Shown: piece after piece, positions 63,001-64,000 of the stretch
How positions within the stretch are numbered: the first letter of the stretch is position 1
Layout of the letters: each line of letters begins with the position of its first letter
Source of the DNA: Ignavibacteria bacterium
GTDB taxonomy: Bacteria; Bacteroidota; Ignavibacteria; DATCTW01
Direction: 5' to 3'
NCBI GenBank assembly: GCA_036567745.1
Contig: DATCTW010000018.1
Coordinates: forward strand, 194,665 to 258,664
Length of the DNA stretch: 64,000 nucleotides
The notes under the pieces: generated by a model
What the model saw: the letters and a program-made list of their open reading frames with translations, nothing else
Databases searched by the model: none
What the model was told of the DNA's origin: nothing
Translations under genes and position numbers: made by a program

Positions 63001-64000
63001 TTAATAGAGAAGAACATTTAAAACATTATAGAGTCGAAATCTTAACCTTTACAAGCAAAATATTAGCTAAAGAGTTAAAATACATAAAATTTACTCCTTT
63101 CAAGAACATAAAATTTATTGAAGACGAAGAAGAAACAATAAAAGGCCGTTACTATAAATATTTCGAGTACCTACCTATACCCTGTGTTATAATAAATTCC
63201 GAAGGTGTAATTTTAGATTTAAATCCACCTTTTAATGAAGCTTTGCAATACGGTTATAGTGAAATTGTTAATACAAAATTTGAAGATCTATTTTTTGAAG
63301 ATAAAGAACGTGTTAGCAGTTTTCTTAAATTACATAAAAACTTTCATATGCTTAATGAACAAAGCGAACTAAGAATCAGAAAAAGAGACAACACCTTCAT
63401 AGACTGCAGAATATTCTACACAAAAATTGAAGATAATATTTTTCTTGTTTTCTTACATCTAAATAACATTCAAAAGTATCTACAGGGTAATATTATTGAA
63501 AAAGATTTTGATAATAGACTATCATCTATACAAAAAATTACTGGTGAAATTTGTTCGGGGTTCTCTAGTTTTATTTATTTAATTGATGGATATACTGAAT
63601 TTTTATCAAAATCAAGAGAACTCTCATTTAAAGAAAAACAAAGGTTAAACCAATTGCTCATGCTGATTGAAAAAATTCACCTTTTTGTTGAAAAACTGAT
63701 GATTTTCTCAGAAAAAAAATATCTTGAACAAGAAGAACTGGATATTATTCAATTGTTAAAAGACTCTATAGAGAATAACTTTGGATTTATGAAAAATAAA
63801 GAAATATCTTTACAGGATAGCAAAATAATTGTAAGAGGCAATAGCTGGGCAATAAAAAGTATGTTTGATGATATTTTTAATTTTATTAAATCTTCTATAG
63901 GTGATGGTGGTCATTTAAGCATTTTAACATCTACAGAAATTCACCCGTTTGATTTAAACGGTTCAGGATATACAGGTTATGATCAATTCCTAATCATTAC
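60042..64000 (+). CDS. Giant multi-PAS signal-transduction protein, partial (runs off the window end). Its C-proximal part resembles a histidine-kinase DHp/HATPase region with a degenerate H-box.
   Basis: ATG at 60042 (frame 3), with an open frame to 64000 confirmed by hand translation. It is absent from the track because no stop lies in the window. Repeated PAS-like modules are present ('...ISKIHPEDREKYKEF...', '...FLKMLGYEYKREEV...'). The end reads '...ITGEICSGFSSFIYLIDGYTEFL...NNFGFMKNKEISL...SIGDGGHLSI...'. Confidence 0.7.
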   Translation, partial: MESQIETNTDVFNNIFNYCNLPLIIYKQETNSLICNKISLNYFGFQEDENSLFEAKKIITNIEDLISKINENKNNLNEDFDITLNFIYKSNQQVSINTRVFINTGFDNTILLIPDINIELFSNEQKELIQNNLSLKSSILNKEEERFNLILENLPFLLIAIDENDKLLYVNSKFEKFLGYSLLDLSLTGFISKIHPEDREKYKEFISDISIDKLSNVRLVEKSGKILNTSFKKNTFTLNDNLQIKLLIVDFDNSTQEINLTNIENKLIDLELKNEELKHLLDLSNSVIDNSPDIILVYDNNGKLIKYSKNSNLLKQYSFEELSTINNIPFISSTDKQEIIKNINSENFITFKKNDVVLKDKEGNDYFSILNVKKINYDNEYYVYFNFSDITSYKIEVEKNLSAAFKGVLFDYYPDITILHKIDGTILDVNHKCEERLEYTREEIINKNISEFGLILDQNLFNNTEPQLKLIHHIKSKSGNLIDVKSDSNVIEFNNKKYVLSVLKEVTTPKQRLIESRILESSLGQLLNFMNIGIIIFNQEGYLTHLSSNCETLTGIESTEWDVSSPFLVDKIAREDFIIFRQNIERVFKGEYLKDILIVFKNKDEKKKELKGSFLPVLNEDGYVSEVMLVLQEYTDFDKEKRLSNFYELILDNAPIGIITFDTNGNYTSVNEEFLKMLGYEYKREEVLTWNLYNLMDKDKILPGFVTALNGEVVDYTRDYMPTPSNQKFSFYQSFAPLRDKNGNIIGVLGLLNEITDKSIIPQNIIEAEEKFRKIFDSLEECVILFKATGKIINANKGAFLLLGDPPQHIINKDITDYFADNQSEEFEDFLFNLHSFGNANIKTKIIKSNGTTFDAEVYGKGLEISGIQHFFVVIKKIEILEKKPVEEITTITSQKEKETNGIDSFNFLKDFDEGIIITDSAIEQTIFINDKIKELFNASIDDFHSKGILPIVTKEMDENSKYFFQKNIELCKSSQLGIKPFEIDFINREEHLKHYRVEILTFTSKILAKELKYIKFTPFKNIKFIEDEEETIKGRYYKYFEYLPIPCVIINSEGVILDLNPPFNEALQYGYSEIVNTKFEDLFFEDKERVSSFLKLHKNFHMLNEQSELRIRKRDNTFIDCRIFYTKIEDNIFLVFLHLNNIQKYLQGNIIEKDFDNRLSSIQKITGEICSGFSSFIYLIDGYTEFLSKSRELSFKEKQRLNQLLMLIEKIHLFVEKLMIFSEKKYLEQEELDIIQLLKDSIENNFGFMKNKEISLQDSKIIVRGNSWAIKSMFDDIFNFIKSSIGDGGHLSILTSTEIHPFDLNGSGYTGYDQFLII

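Overview
AT-rich (about 30% GC) chromosomal segment from a bacterium that secretes proteins through the type IX secretion system (T9SS); it is probably a member of the FCB group, related to Ignavibacteriota or Bacteroidota. This is inferred from the composition, the many T9SS C-terminal sorting domains (NYPNPFNP-type), a PorV-like gene and SusC/TonB-type outer-membrane receptors. The window begins inside one giant multi-PAS sensor kinase gene on the minus strand and ends inside another on the plus strand. Both run off the window, so the ORF track does not list them. A third, complete gene of this kind encodes a hybrid histidine kinase of 1474 aa.

The 45 coding sequences include:
- a GH27 alpha-galactosidase
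- the two-subunit L-serine dehydratase (SdaAA/SdaAB)
- a class II photolyase
- an amino-sugar salvage cluster (NamZ-like, two tandem-GNAT paralogues, a PIG-L deacetylase, a sodium:solute symporter, a glycoside hydrolase with a discoidin domain, and a DUF5009 membrane acetyltransferase)
- a T9SS-dependent chitin locus (a TonB-dependent receptor, a GH18 chitinase, a T9SS cargo of unknown function, a PorV/PorQ-like barrel and an NHL propeller)
- methylglyoxal synthase, a PLP transsulfuration enzyme, an OmpR/histidine-kinase pair and an OmpA protein
- an unusual Omp85-family protein whose N-terminus carries a gluzincin (HExxH...NEGxAEY) domain and a TolB-like PD40 propeller

The most striking non-coding signal is a pair of arrays of tandem, hairpin-dense repeats about 130 bp long. 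Their GC-rich stems (GGGGC-AGA-GCCCC, GGTGC-TAC-GCACC, GCACC-GTA-GGTGC) stand out against the AT-rich background. One array lies at 13.79-14.91 kb and the other at 45.73-46.24 kb. They are in inverted orientation and bracket a block of about 31 kb. Array 1 sits directly upstream of a DUF4373 (Lin1244/Lin1753-like) replication-initiator-like gene that is preceded by a perfect TTTGACA-N5-TGTCAAA palindrome. The arrays are not CRISPR, because the inter-repeat segments are themselves repeated. They look like a lineage-specific structured repeat, of REP/BIME-like type, with an iteron-like origin as a possible alternative. I saw no rRNA or tRNA genes. Many ORF-track entries start with TTG or GTG translated as M, and I moved those starts to internal ATG codons with AGGAGG-like ribosome-binding sites where that was clear.
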